Shown: one piece after another, positions 39,001 through 53,704 of the stretch
Numbering within the stretch: the stretch's first letter is position 1
Layout: each line of letters starts with the position of its first letter
From: Pseudovirgaria hyperparasitica
Lineage: Eukaryota
Assembly (NCBI GenBank): GCA_010093815.1
Contig: ML996570.1
DNA length: 64,000 bases
Reading direction: 5' to 3' (one strand)
Position numbers and translations under genes: made by a program
The notes under the pieces: generated by a model
What the model was told of the DNA's origin: nothing
The model's input: only the letters and a program-made list of their open reading frames with translations
Databases searched by the model: none

Positions 39001-41100
39001 AGCTAATAACGTACTATAACGTATCTAGCCTCTTCTAAGGTATTCTTTAATATATTTATAAAGAACTTCGAGTTCTAGTCTTAAAAGTAGGTAAAGTAGA
39101 CTATAAGGGACGTCTACTCTCTCTTCGAGCTTGATCTTTAGCTTATACGGCCCGTAATTAGGGAGAAGTGATGTATCTTCTACCGAAAACATATCTATAT
39201 ACTACGAATATACGTCGGGTAGCGTGTCTTTACCCTGATTATTACTATCGTCCTCGTCTTTATTAATAATTAATAAGAATATAAGATAGATTAGCGACGA
39301 TTAGGTCCGTATAGCGAGGTTCTATATCTCCTTACTAATAGTTATAACTTACTAGTATAATTTACCACGGTATCGTTAGAACGTTAATATCTTCTTCTAA
39401 AAATTAAGGATAGGGTTTAGGTATCTAAGCTAAGGCATCCCTAGAATTATATTCTATTAGCTAATATTAGCTACGATAAATTTATTAGATATCTACTATT
39501 TTATTATCTTTAAGTTATGAACTTCGTAATTCGTTATAGCTTTATCTAAAGTTCTAACTTTATATCTATTAACTACGATAGTTTAGCTAACTTTACCGAG
39601 ATTATATAATAATCTATACTCCTTTACGAGAATTAATAAAATATAGTTATCTTCTATACTAGTGTCTACTAGGGTCTATATAGTTTTATTACTATTTACT
39701 ATAGATAACGATACTTTTAGTAATATTAGGTCTTTACTCGCTAGAAGGCGCTACGGCTTCTCCTAAGTATATATAATTTAGCTAAGGACGCGGTTAGATC
39801 TCGTGTACTAGCCTATTCTTTTTTCGGATTCTTATAGTTAGGCGAAATATATTCTATTTCTCTATACTTATAGTAACGAAGTACGCTATAATCCTACTAT
39901 TTTACGATAGGCGTTATATTTAAGTCTATATCTTATCCTTTTCCGCGTTAAGAAGCACCGGCTTAATTATTTTAGTATCCTCTTAACGCGTTTCTACTCT
40001 AATTTACGCTCTTCTAGTACTAATCGCGGTAAGGTTACTCTTAATCGAACGTATTTAATGGACCTCGTTTCTAATCCGTATAGGGTTTATTAGTTTTACC
40101 TAGAGAGCTACGTTCCTTAAGGATACGGTAGTATTTATTAGCTTTCTTCTCTAATTCGTATAGATAGTTAAAACTTAATAATACTATCCCTAGTCTTTCG
40201 CGGATTAACGGAAGTAGTACTTCGCGAAACTAGAATATATAAATATTTTTCTATAGTATAGGGATATTATTCTATAGGTTTTAGAGGTATTATAGTAGTT
40301 AAGTAGATGTCTAGTTCGGTTATTATACTATACTTCTTAACTTAGATAGTACCTTTCTTTCACGTTCTCTATCCGTTCTAAGGGTGTTTAGTATAAATAT
40401 AGCTAAATATTCCTAGGTTATCATAGATAGTAGCTATACTTCCTTCTATCTATCCTATTAATCACAGAATTATAAGTCTAGGTATCGTTCTCCGAACGAA
40501 ATACGTTATACTTTAGTAGAAAAGAGTAGAGGGTTATCGAGAAAGTACTTTTCGTAGTCTCTCTTCTAGTCTTTCTACTCCTTTTAGTTCTTCTCTATAA
40601 ATATAGTCGGGTCTTTAGATTTTAGTATACCTAGGGAAGAAGTAGAGTAAATTAGTAACGAAGCGGCTAGGTATATAGTGGATTATTATAACTCTAATAG
40701 TAGGTAAACTAATTCCGCCTAAATTAGTATAGGAAGTCGTCTACCTACTATCGTTCGGCGTAGTTCCTTAAGAGACTCCTTAAGTTCTTATCTCTTTATA
40801 AGGAGTTTCGCGCGTTCTATCTATTCTTTAAGGGTTTAAATCTCTCGAGCCTAATTTACGACGTATTTCTAAAGTTTAGTAATGGTTTATTATAATATCT
40901 TACGTGGCTCTGCCACGACTCGTTATCCGGCTTTATATTATTAGAAGTTACTTAGCGTATCTACTATTTCTTCGTCTAAAAGCTCTATAATTTAGTCTAA
41001 TATTTCTACTTCTCGGTTAGAAACGGCTAGGATTAATACTAATTATAGAGGATCCCTATTATTTAATATAGTATTACTTATCCCTATAGTAGATCGTGTT
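36060..41100 (-). pseudogene. gag-pol of element B with chromodomain, RIP-disrupted
   Basis: Minus-strand FTKLDL...KTAFRT (~38770-38855), VVYLNNILIYS (= YLDD, ~38630-38660), integrase GPY-like region, chromodomain IYKVK*IL...YKIH*KGYNPNKDT*EP (~36210-36330). Ends approximate. Confidence 0.9.
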
Positions 41101-41704
41101 AACCTTCTCGGTTCTAGTTAGACTATCTTAACTATAGTACTATATAGGGAGTAATTCGAATATAAGAATAGGGTTATTAGATAGTAGTATAGTTAGATAG
41201 AATAATAGGGTGTATTCTATTATAGAATGAATTACTACCGAACCCTTTCGGTAGAAATCTAAGAGTATATATATAAAGGGACGCCGATCTATCTAGTACA
41301 TAACTATTTACCGCCCTTCACGTTACCTCCTAACTCTATTAGCTAAGATACGTATAGATTGGGTCCTATCTAAGGCTAAGTCCTAACAACTAGCGCGTAA
41401 GAGAAACTAAATATAATACTTCTAGAAAAGAGGAGACTCTATAAAAGGTAAGGACCCTAAAGCCTTCTTTATATAACTCGAGTATATATTTATAGATAGT
41501 AATAAGAAGGCTAAGGCCTTAGAAAAGCTTTCGTTACTTAAATATATAAATAGCTAACCTTAGTATAAATACTAACTTAAATTTAATAGGCTTCTACTAA
41601 GTACCGGTAGAGATAACTAGAAAGATAGCGTAAAAATTAGCTATCTCTAAAATACCTTCTTAAACCCCGCTTATATATATATAGCCTCTATACTAAGGAT
41701 TATA

Positions 41705-44700
41705 TAGATTTAAAAAAACTTCTTACACCCTAACGGACCAAACTAGTCAATTCGGGGTAAAACAGCGATTTATATATATCAAACGATAGAGCACACCGAG
41801 TATAACAACCTCCGACATACGTATATACGTGTAGCGTATAATACGCGACGATACCGACGTGTAGAGACACTATATATATACGCTCGAAGACTCTTCGATA
41901 ATATGAGCATAGACTATATCTAATAAACGCCGACACGCCGACCCCCTTTTATTAGTTAAGGGCTACCCTTAACTAATAATTATAGCGGCCTTAGGTACCG
42001 ACGTACCTCGGCTTCCACCGGGTATACCCCTAATACTAGTACGGTAGAAACGGCTATATAGCGGCATATCCTAGGATAATTAAACCCCCGTCTAATTAAC
42101 GACGAATAACTAAGGGCGTATAACGCTATAGATAATAGAGACGGAGGGGACCCCGCCCGGGGAGACCCTCCCGGATAAGATTAACTACTAGGTAGCACGT
42201 GTAGAGGGGGAAGTCGAGAAGGGAGAAACGGCCCTCCTTAGTATTTTCCGGAACCTTATCTAGAATATTAGAGAGCTTACCGTAGGAGTAAAATAGGCGC
42301 CGGAACTAGACCCGGAATCTAGACTAGATCGCATAGAGGCCAGCCTATAGAGGATCTAGGAGGGCCTTACCTAGGGAAAACACCCTAGCACGTGGGTATA
42401 GGTCGCCGCACCTATAAGCGGAATAGCCATGTTAGCTAAAATACTAAGGGTACCTATAGACGGGGCATGTAGTATATAAGTCGCTATCTAGGATAAAGAA
42501 GTACTTATATAAGTCTAGTAAGCGTCCCTAAAGGATATTATAAATAAGATTAATAAATAGAAAGGGATATGGTTAAATGTAGTGGCCGCTAAACTCACTC
42601 TAGGAGGTATAGTACTAACTACTACCACTAACACGGCCTAGTAGACCATCTTACGCGACCCGAACGTAATTAACGACATCTTCCCTAGCGCGTCCGTCCA
42701 CGTAACCACGTACCCGATATAGATATATACCGTCCCCGTCCGAGGACACGTTATTAGAGAAGACGATATCGAGCGAATAGAGCGATCTAATAAACCGAAG
42801 TACCCTAGGATTAAGATCGCGAAGGCGTAGTAGAAGAACGTCTAAGGGATCAAGATAAAATTAAAAAAGTACTCTACTATAATAGTAGAGCTTAGGGACC
42901 CCGCTCTCGCCTATAGAATAATATAGGAGGGCTTCCTAGCTGAAGGAGAGCTACTTACGGCGGAACTATGGGATAGGGCATGGGTAATAACGCAATGCTT
43001 TAACTATTAAGGATATGGGTATACTAGGTAGAGGTGCTCTTAGAAGACCGCCTGTGGGTGGTATAAATAGGGCTATAATACTAAGGAATACCCTTATAAG
43101 ACGTAGAGCGATGAGACGCGAGATAGGGACACCGCTAAGTACTCTAACTATAACGGGAAATACCTATCCTAGTCGGTAACGTGCACGAAACGTAAGTAGG
43201 TCGTAGAATATATTAACGCGATAAAGATAAGAGGAGCGAGGTAGATATACTAAGCTATAAGGCCCTTGCTGCCCTCGCCGCTATCCCTAACTTTACTTAT
43301 AAATCTAGTAACTACCCCCCGAAGGGGAGAGGATAACGCGTAATAGTATACTATATAGAGAAAGATAGGCCGACCCCGGGGTATACTTAAAGCCGCTACC
43401 GCGTGAGGATAATCACGCCTTAGCGCTACTAATATATAGACTCGAACTTTCCCTAGCACCTAATAAGGGTATAAGATATACTTATTATTATATAGGCGAA
43501 CGTATAACATAAACAAGAAAACTAAGCGACGCTCCTAGAAGAGACAGGAGCCGTAATAATAGCTATCTAGGAACTATATAAATACTACTAAACTAATAAG
43601 CCAATAACACACCTAGGATACTATACTATCCACCCTATAGGCCCGGATAGAAGAGTCATGTTTTATATATATAAGTTGATCCCGCTCTTAGAATAGTCTT
43701 ATACTAAATATAATAACCTCTAGATAACACTATATCTCTAGATAAGTATAGGGCCTCTCTATATCTATAATATCTATAATTAATAGCGATCGCTTACGCT
43801 AGACGATATACTCGAGGGCACCACGACGCCGGGATAATACATCCTCCTAGGCGACTTTAATCTCTACTATAGGTAGTAGGGAGGCCTAGCCGTCGCGAGA
43901 GAAGAACTTAGAGTAAGGGAACTATATACACGGTGCTACGACTTCCTATACCTCCTTATATCTATAGGGTAGATTACCTAGAGGAAATATAAATAGGACG
44001 AGAACGGGTCTACGCTCGACCTTACCCTCGCCACCGAGCATATTAGCCATAGAGTATAGTACTACCGCCCGAGCCGGATATAGACGGACTCCGACCACGA
44101 ATGTATGGAAACCGTAATAGACGTCTCCACTCTTAACAAATAACGTAGAAAATAGCTATAGAAGGATACTAATTAGGATAAATACCTAGAGGACCTAGAA
44201 TCGGTAATTCTAGACCCCTCTATAGTCGACGTATCTAACGGCCTAGCCATAGATAAGGCCGTGTAAGTCCTCCTTTAAGTATACTAAGCCATAAGAGATA
44301 AACACGTGCTATACCGAACGTATAGACCCCTAGAAGCGAGGGGTATACCTTAAATATAAGAGTATAGAAGAGACGCCCGTAGACTATATATATATGTATA
44401 CTATATCCGGATAACTAAGGCGTGGGAAGAGTAGAAGGAAGTAGTACGATATCGTGATAGGGCCCTCCGTAATAAACGATGAAAATAATAGTATATAATT
44501 ACCAATAAATACACACGGTAAGCCGTAGGGCTATGGCGTATAGTAAAGTAGACTAAGGGTATAGACGCGCCGACGCCGCCGCCACTAATACCTCCCCTAA
44601 TATACTAAGAGAGGGTTACTCTATAAGCCCGGAGAAGACGGAGATCTTATATAAAGTTATGTTTTCCCTCCCGGAGCTAGTAGACCTATTAGATATTAAT

Positions 44701-46990
44701 AATACTAAATATCTAGATATAATTAATATCCTCTAAGAGGTTACTACGGAGGATATACTTAACGCCGTTAAAGTACTCCCGAATGATAAGGTACCCGGAC
44801 TAGATAGAATACTAAATAGGTACCTTAAACGCACTATACTAGCTACCCTACCGCTTATTAGTTATATATTTTAAGCATGTATTAAGAACGGATACCACCC
44901 CTAAAGCTTTCGGGCCGTCTATACTATTATACTCCCGAAACTAGGGAAGAACCCTAGCTCCCTAAAAGGATAGAGGCTAATTGCCCTCCTCTTCTATCTT
45001 GGGAAGATACTAGAGGCTACGATCGCAAAGAAGATAAGCGCCGCAGTATAGAAATATAACCTTCTTCTAGTAAACTAGAAGGCGAAGGCTAGAAGCTCCC
45101 TAATTACCGCTATCTAATATATCCTTAAAGTCGTCTAGACCGTATGGAAGTAGGGACGTGTAGTAACGCTACTCTCCCTCGATATGGCCGGCGTATTTGA
45201 TAAAGTAAACCACACGAGACTTATCTATAACTTACGGAAGAGGCGTATACCCGCGTAGATTACGCGGTTTATATAGTTCTTCCTCGCCGAAAGAGTTACC
45301 TAGATATATATCCCCGGATATCGAAGTAAGTACGAGAAGACGGCTTACGGCATCCTATAAGGAAGTACTATCTCCCCGATTCTCTTCCTCTTCTTTACTA
45401 TAGACCTTCTCTAGGGAATATAATATATAGAGGTAGTAGGATACGTAGATAATATATACCTTCTAGCTATTAATAATAATACTAGCTAAATATATAGACG
45501 ACTCGAATAAGACCACGGGAGATGCGTCTAATAGGTAAAGCGCCACGGAGTAAAGTTCGCCCCTGAAAAGTACTAACTCATATACTTTATTAACTGCCGT
45601 GGGAAATAGGCTACTAGGGAAGGCGAGTGACGCCCTAGAATAGACGCCTTCGACGAACCGCCGATATAAAGTATACACGCACTTAGCGTTATGATTAATA
45701 ATAAGCTTAAATAGGGACCATAGGTAGCATACGCCGTTTCTAGGGCCCTCTAGGTAGAAGCCGCTATACGACGGATTATAGCCTCCATATAGAGAACCGC
45801 CCGGGATAAGGCACGCTAGCTATATATATCTATAGTACGACCCGCCTTTACGTATAGACACGAGTACTAGTATACGGCCCTTATATAGACTAGGCGAACG
45901 AAGCTTAAATCCATATAGAACCGTATACTCCGTCTTATATTAGGCGTATATAAAGCTACTAACACGGTGCTACTACGACGCGAGATAGACGTTATAAGTA
46001 TATATAACTTCTACTAGATATAGAGGGTGGTATACTTTACTAGATAATAAGCATAGGAACGTGTAGAAAATATAGAATATACCTTCGCCGCGCTACGCGC
46101 GCGGGTTAGCGTATACTACTAAGTACTCTTATATATAGGCCGGACTCGACTACGGTATAAGTGCCCGATAGAAATAGACTCGAACTAAGTGGTATAAGAG
46201 ATTAGGGATAACCTAGACGCCCTCCTAGACTAATAGAGCCTTCGAGAGCTTAGACGAAGTATATAGTTATAGATCTAAGATAAGTAGAAAGAGATACTCC
46301 GGGCCTAGTGGGCCTCCTAGTAGGATAGATACCTAGAGTGGATCCGAGGACCATAGAAGGAGCTGAGTAAATAGATATATAAAGGGCTTATAAAGGCCTA
46401 GGTATCTATACTCCTCTAAGCCTAAACGGGCGCTATAGAACTTCTATACTACCTCTATAAGAGAGGCGTCCCTAACGTGTCTCTATAGTATAAGGCGTGC
46501 GGCCGGAGAGGTATAATACGCCACTATCTTATAATATACCCTAATCTTTACACGTAAAGGTAGAAGCTTATCCACACGATAAGAACCTCCGATATCGTAT
46601 AATAGCTTAATAAGTACCCTAAGGAAGTCGCCCGGTGGATGATTATATACCTACTACTCCTCTAATTCTAGTAGACCCGGAAATATATATCGGAAGGAAC
46701 CCGGTATACATTAGAGGAAACCCGGCATATGCCGGAAGAACCCCTTAACTAATAACCTCCGCACCTATACGTGCTGCCTAAGGGTAAAATAACGGTAATA
46801 TAGGCTATAGGCTAATAGGTGTACCCTATGGCTATATACTTAAGAAGAAATAAAGGTTTAACGAGATGTAATTATTAATATAAGGAAGTTTTCCCCTCTT
46901 AGGTTTCTTCTTATATAGTAGCTTAGACTAGAGGAGGCATAGGCCTATAGAGTACTACTCTACCTAGTTATACAATATTATTATTATTAT
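41705..46990 (+). mobile_element. Full-length non-LTR retrotransposon (Tad1-like LINE), RIP-inactivated, inserted in gag of A
   Basis: ORF1 zinc knuckles (QCFNY*GYGY...C; CGWY...). ORF2 APE motifs IAI*EL, ILLGDFNL, STLDLTLAT, DSDH. RT motifs KVPGLD, *RLIALL..LGKILE, LSLDMAGVFDKVNH, GIL*GSTISPILF, GYVDN. (ATT)n tail. 16-bp TSD TATACTAAGGATTATA (41689-41704 / 46991-47006). Confidence 0.93.
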
Positions 46991-48172
46991 TATACTAAGG
47001 ATTATAGACTACTATAGCTTCGCGGAAGAGGTCGAGAGAATTATAATAAACTTAGAAGATACTAAGTAGTTTAAGGTAGCTAATAAGAAGTAGAAAAAGA
47101 ATATAGTTACTATAATAAAAAGCACGGTAGCTATAAGGTTATATAAGTATTATACTATAGCTAAAAAGAATAAGAATAGAGATACTATTATAGGCCCCGT
47201 ATATATAAGCGGAGACTAGAAGAAAGGATTTAGATTCCGCCGTAAGACGGAGGAGATACTAAAGGTAAAGTAGATTAACTAAGTAGAAAGGAATAGACGC
47301 TAGAAAGAAGGACTCTACTTCCGTTATAGGGTATCGGGATACTAGATTAAAGGCTACCCGTATACTAATCCCTCCTTAACCTCTAAAAGAATTATAAAGA
47401 TTAATTAAGTTAAAATTATATCTCTATTAGAGATTAAAGATAATCTTATAGATTCTAGTAATAAGTACTTAGGAAATATATAACTTTCTCTTAAAGTTAA
47501 GAGTAGAGAGTAGAGAACGTACTAGTAGATAGATAGGCCGAGTTCTAAAGTATAATAGATAGAAACCTTATATATACGGATATAGTTCTCTAAAAAGCTA
47601 TTAGGACTTTTACGCTTATTAACGAAGGCTACTAGTACTACGCTATAATTTAAGAAGACCTAATAGAAGGTCTAGAACTCCCCTATATAAATTATAGAAA
47701 ATATATAATTAAGGGAGTAACGGACACTATAAACGACTCCGAAATTCGTAGAGTCGTCGCGTTTCGTATAGAGATAGATAATTATAGATAAGATATCTAC
47801 GCTTATATAGTACCTAACTTAGCCTTCCCGCTTATTCTTAGAAATCCTTAGAAAGTATATAATAAGGTATAGACCGCGCCTAATAAGCGATAGTGTTAGG
47901 ACGGGAACTATAATAGACCTATATAGACCATTCTAATCCATGCAGCCACGTAGTGGCTAGAGCTAGGTTAAGTCAGCTAAGTTAAGCGAGGTTACTATAT
48001 AAGTAGACCGCATAAACCGATTTCTACTCGTTAGGAGTTAACCTCGTATAAGAGTAAGATTACTCTATAAATACATTTCTATATCTCTCTATAAACTATT
48101 AGACTACTATCCTACGTCTTCACTCTTTATATTTTAACTCCTCTCTATATAGCACGACGGTAGCTTATAGAG

Positions 48173-51100
48173 ATAGCTCCTACTACGCGCTATAATACCC
48201 GTGGTACTACCTTACACGAGAGACTCTCTCTAAATCTAAACGAAGAGAATAGTCTCCCTACGACCACCTCCACCGATAAGTATACTCTATAGACTATTAT
48301 ACTAATAACTAGTATAGTATTCTATATAACCGTGGAAGATTACCTAGATAATAAGGAAGGAGTCTATTATACTCCATCGCGGTCTAGTTTATACTATACT
48401 AGACCCATTCTTACTATAAGACCAGACCCTATTAACGTTAATAAATTAATTCGTTAGAACCGACTAATATTAACCACGCCTTACGACGACGTATATACCA
48501 AGCTATACATAGAGAGGTAGCGTTAGACTTAGCTTAAGTAGTAACTTTGCGAACTCGACGAAGCGTAAGAACGAACCGCTAGACTCGAAGCCGTACTACG
48601 CGCTTTAGTACTAGTAGTAACTAACCTATACTAATATAGACTAACTTAAGCCGAAATAGTCTAACTAAGTCTATTACTATCCCAGTTGCCTCGGCCTAAG
48701 AAACCACCTTACTTTAATAGTAAAACCAGGAGGAGCTTTTATAAATAGGCTTACTAGTATAGCCGATTCTTCCATCTATTCACGAACGATAGTAATAAGA
48801 TTAGATTCGTATAGAACTACCTAGACCTAACGCCATCTAAACGTTAGATAGTATATCGAATTAAATACCCTAAGGATGTGTATAACTAGGACACGTTTAC
48901 TAAATTCCTTCTTTAATACTTCGGCAATAGAGCTAAGTAACGCGAATAGGCTTAGAGCCATATCTTTAAGACTTAATAGTAAGAGAGATAATCCCCGTTA
49001 TAACTTCTCGAATACCTCTAACCTCTTTAGAGAGAAGCTAAGGAAGATCGTATAGTTTAATAATGTGACGACTTTAAAAGGTCTCTTAACCCGAGCGTAA
49101 AGGAACGCATTAACCTTATAACGTCTATCCCTACCGACCTTTAGGTACTCGCGAATCTTATAGAACGACATTAGCGTATAATAAATAACTAATATCGTAT
49201 AGGCGTATAACTATCCCTATTAATCTAATCTAATACGAAATCGTCTAAAGAGGACCGGTTTAGTAATAGATCGCGCGGAACACCTCGTAGACGCTACTAC
49301 TCTACGAACTCGAGAAGACGAGGCCCGTACCACGGATCTTTCTACTAGTCGATATATTAAGACGTGAGAAACGACTCGTATAAACGACCTAAAGTTACCT
49401 ACTATACCTATGGTAGAATAGGCTATATAGTACCCGAGTGCCGCTTAGGGAAACCACCGAATACTAATATAGATACTAAGTTAGTTATATACTATAAGTG
49501 CTAGTAGCTAGAATATATCGCGCCTAACTACCCGGTATATAATATAAAAAACTAACTATCTATAAGGAACCCTCGTAACTCGTAGATATAACTAAAATAG
49601 AGGGATAACTAGCCAACTAGTATATCGAACTATAGGCTAGGCCTATCGAGATCCCTCGTAGATAATATTAGACTATAATACTCGATAGCGGTTTAGCTAC
49701 TAACGTTATATCGACTTAACGAGTACGAGAACTTAACGTCGATATTTAAGTACTAATAGGTACTATCTTCTATAGTATCGATGGTCCTATTAAATCGTAG
49801 AGTATCTATACTATTAAATACGGTATCTAGGACAGCGGGGGGAAGTGGAAACCCTACTACTTAACCTTTATCGTGGTAGATAGTCCCTTTAATATGATCC
49901 TCGGTATACTATAGCTTAAAAAATATAACCCGAAACTAGACTTTATCTAGAAAACAGCTGGCTGGCGTATATACCTACTATAATGGAATCTAGTATAGCT
50001 AGTTAACGACGAATAATTCTAGAAGGACTACGAAAAGGTAATCTCCGCTATCTACGTCCTCTTACTTACTTAAAATAGAGAGCTTAGTATTAAAGTGGAC
50101 GAAAACCTACTATATTAGTATAAAATATACTAATATATCGCGTTAGTAATCGACTCGTCCGAATTACCTTAATACCAATCTACTAACCTTACTATTAACC
50201 TCGAAGACGGTTAATAACCCCTACACGGACCTATCTACCCTCTATTAGAACCCGAGCTATAGGTCCTCCGAGAATATATCGAAAAGAACCTTATATAAGG
50301 ATAGATTAGGCCTAGTATATCCCTAGCCGGAGCTCTAATCCTCTTTATAAAGAAGAAGGATAGGAGTCTCTATCTATGTATCGACTACCGTAGCCTAAAT
50401 AATATTACGCGAAAGAATCGTTATCTACTACCTCTTATCTCCGAGTCTATTAATAGACTAGAGCGCGTAAAGATCTTTACTAAGCTCGATCTATACGACG
50501 TCTACTACCGCCTATATATTAAGAAGGGCGATAAGTAGAAAACGGCGTTTAGAACCCGTTATAGATACTTCGAGTATATAGTAGTCCCTTTTAGACTAAC
50601 TAACGCGCTAGGAACCTTCTAAGCGTATATTAATAACGCGCTAGTAGGCCTACTCGACATAACGTGCATTATATACCTCGATAACATCCTTATCTTCTCT
50701 AATAATAAAGAAGAATACATCTAGTACGTACACGTAGTTCTAGATAGGCTAGAAAAACATAAGCTATATATTAAGCTATCTAAATGCGAGTTCCACTAGG
50801 ACCACGTTAACTTCCTTAGCTTCGTTATTACTAATTAAGGTATAACCATAGAAAGGGATAGAGTTACTACTATCGTGGACTAGCCTAAACTAAAATCGGT
50901 TTAAGATATACGTGTCTTTATTAGATTCGCTAATTACTACCGAAAATTTATTAAGTATTTCTCCTAGCTAGTAGCACCGCTTAACGCGCGTACTACTACT
51001 ATAGATTCGTCTATTACGGTCCGCGGTGGATAGAAATAGTATAATATTAAATCGTAGTCTATAGAATTATTAGAAGGCGAAAGGGCCTCCTTTAAGAAAA

Positions 51101-53320
51101 TCAAAGAGGCATTTATAACTACCCTATTACTAGTGCACTTTAACCTAACTAAACCTATCCGCGTTAAAACTAACGCGTTAGGATTTATAATCTTAGGTAT
51201 TCTCTTCTAGCCTAGACCAACTAAGTCTAAAAAGGTCTAATAGTATCTAGTTGCGTTCTTCTTACGTAAAATGGTCGATGTTAAGACTAGATATACTATC
51301 TATAACTAAGAGCTACTAGTAATAGTAGAGTCATTTAAATAGTAGCGATATTATCTTAAAGGTGCCATGTATAACATCGAGTTACTAACTAATTACTATA
51401 ACTTAAAGGGGTTTATAAGTACGACGGTTTTAAACCGTTAATAGATCTAATAGGCTAAGTAGCTTACGAACTTTCACTTTATAATCTACTATCGACCTAG
51501 AAGTATAAACCTAGCTAATAGAATATTAAGAAGACCTAACTATAAAGAAGGCGCCTAGGATTATAGTAGCCATAGGGTTCTAGAGTAGCTATAGGCCTAA
51601 CTCTTAAGGACGAGGTTAGATTTTAAGTTATTAGGTAATTAGCGAGATACTAACGTTAATACTAGTAATCGAATCTCTAAGACCGAAGCCGGTAACTAAA
51701 GACGCGGTACTAAAGTCCCTAGTAGGCCGTTTATTAGCGCTGTCGGGAAGGGCGATAATACCCGGTATAAATATCTAATTAACCTCGCCTAGTTAATCGT
51801 GGATCTATAGAAGATAGACCTAATAGTTTTAAAGTTACATAAAATATAGTAAGATAGGTTATTACGGACTAAAGTAGACTATAAGTAGACCTTCGTGGAC
51901 GGCTTACTTTACTATAATAGAAAGTACTATATACCGACGGGTAACGCGCGATTTAATATAGTTAGCCGATACTATAACGCTAACCTAGTAGGACACTTTA
52001 GGTATGTACGTACCCTAAGCTTAATTCGTTAGTACTATTTTTAGAAAGATATACCTAAGTACATCAAAGAATAGATAGCTACTTATCCGATTTATTAAAG
52101 AACGAAGGCCCCTAGGCATAAGCCATATAGGAATTTATAGCCTCTTTTAGCCCCCCTCTTTATATAGGAAGATGTTACTATAGACTTTATAGTTAACTTA
52201 CCTCTAAGCGAGATACTTAGAATAAGTTATAATTCTATTCTTATTATCGTGGATAGACTTATAAAGATATCTAGGTATATCCTAGTATAGAAGATGATTA
52301 TATCTAAAGAACTAGCGTAGGTGTTCTAGAACGAGATTATTAAGGTCTATAGTATACTAAAAAGGATCGTTATAGACCGAGGAAGTACCTTCACGTCTAA
52401 ATTCTAGACGTTATTCTATGAAATAGTAAGTATAAATAGAAATATATCTATAGCATTTTATCCTTAGACGGATAGCTAGACAGAGCGATAGAACTAGACG
52501 CTTAAGGCCTACCTACGCGTATTCTATAATTTCGAGTAGAATAACTAGGCCTCCCTACTAAGTATAGTAGAGTTCATATATAATAATAGTCGTTATAGTA
52601 TAATAGGTATTATACCTTTCTAGACGAACCTCGGACGTAGTCTAAGGATAGGTTTTAAGTCTTAGACGGTCTAATTTAATCGAATAATAGACGTGAACGT
52701 CCACGGTTAGGAATTAGCGATTAAAATCTTCGAAACCGTACGTAACTATCGCGCTATAATCTAATAAGTAAACGACTTGTATACGAAGTACTATAATAGG
52801 TTAGCTAAGGATTAGACGTATAAGGAGGGCGATAAGGTCCTTCTTAATATCCGTAATATATGAATATCGCGAGTAAATAAGAAGCTTAATTATAAAATGG
52901 CTAGTTCCTTCTAAATCAAACGTTATATCGGTATAAGAGTCTACGAGCTCGACTTAGGAAGCGATATAAGAATCTATAATATATTCTACGTCTTACTACT
53001 CGAAAGATTTCGACCTAACGTATATGGCCGCATGAACGTATAGTTATACTCTATTATACCCTAAGATAGACTAGACGTATTCGAAGTAGACTATATTATC
53101 GAATATAGAATTAATAAAGATAGTATTTAGAAATATAGAATCTATTAGAAGGACTATACTAAGGACGAGGACACCTAGGAACTAGTAGTATATATCTTAA
53201 GTTCTATAATAGCTGCGTATAAGCAAAAGATATAGAATAGCGTATTATTAATATAAGTATAGCGACGTCGCGGTCGTCGTAAAAAGAAGAAGGATACCGT
53301 AGAGAACGAAGTGCTAAACT
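48173..53320 (+). pseudogene. gag-pol of element D, RIP-disrupted
   Basis: Gag knuckle ~49490-49530; protease ILDSG (49680); [15 protein letters not shown] and IYLDNILIFS (~50670); RNase H TNALGF and *ELLVIV; integrase FYP*TDS*TER; chromodomain FEVDYIIEYR...*KDYTKDEDT*EL (~53080-53190). Ends approximate. Confidence 0.92.
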
Positions 53321-53704
53321 AGGAAATCTAGACGCGCACTAGGAAAACTCTATATAGTAGCCCTATAATTTAAGCGTTGCACGGTTACCAGACGCGAAGA
53401 AAGCGTAAATAACCATTTTAGAAACGCGACGCGACACACTATAATAGAATAACATAGAAGAGTCTAGAATAGACTAACATGGACCATTACACACGAGAAA
53501 AACATAGGACCAAGAACCTAAAAAAAGGAAAATTAGAATGTAGAAACCGATAGTTATAAGCTAAGCGAGCGCATATATAATATCGTTAAGTTAAGAATTA
53601 AATTACTAGAAACTAGCCGACGGGTATCTAAACGGTCTAAAAAGGACTAAAATGGATAAAAGCTAGGTAAATAGAGCCGGCGCGTACCACCTATAGTAGA
53701 TCTA

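Larger units (their letters stand above)
25979..41388 (-). mobile_element. Ty3/Gypsy chromovirus 'B' copy 1 (~7.39 kb native), inserted in gag of A
   Basis: 228-bp LTRs 25979-26206 (starts TGT) and 41161-41388 (ends ACA); TSD ACTAG; minus-strand PPT next to the left LTR. Confidence 0.93.

Noticed and set aside
47619..47640. Atypical protease active site in element A (reads I-N-E-G, i.e. D-E-G)
   Set aside because: Single degraded copy; cannot distinguish a family feature from post-insertion mutation.
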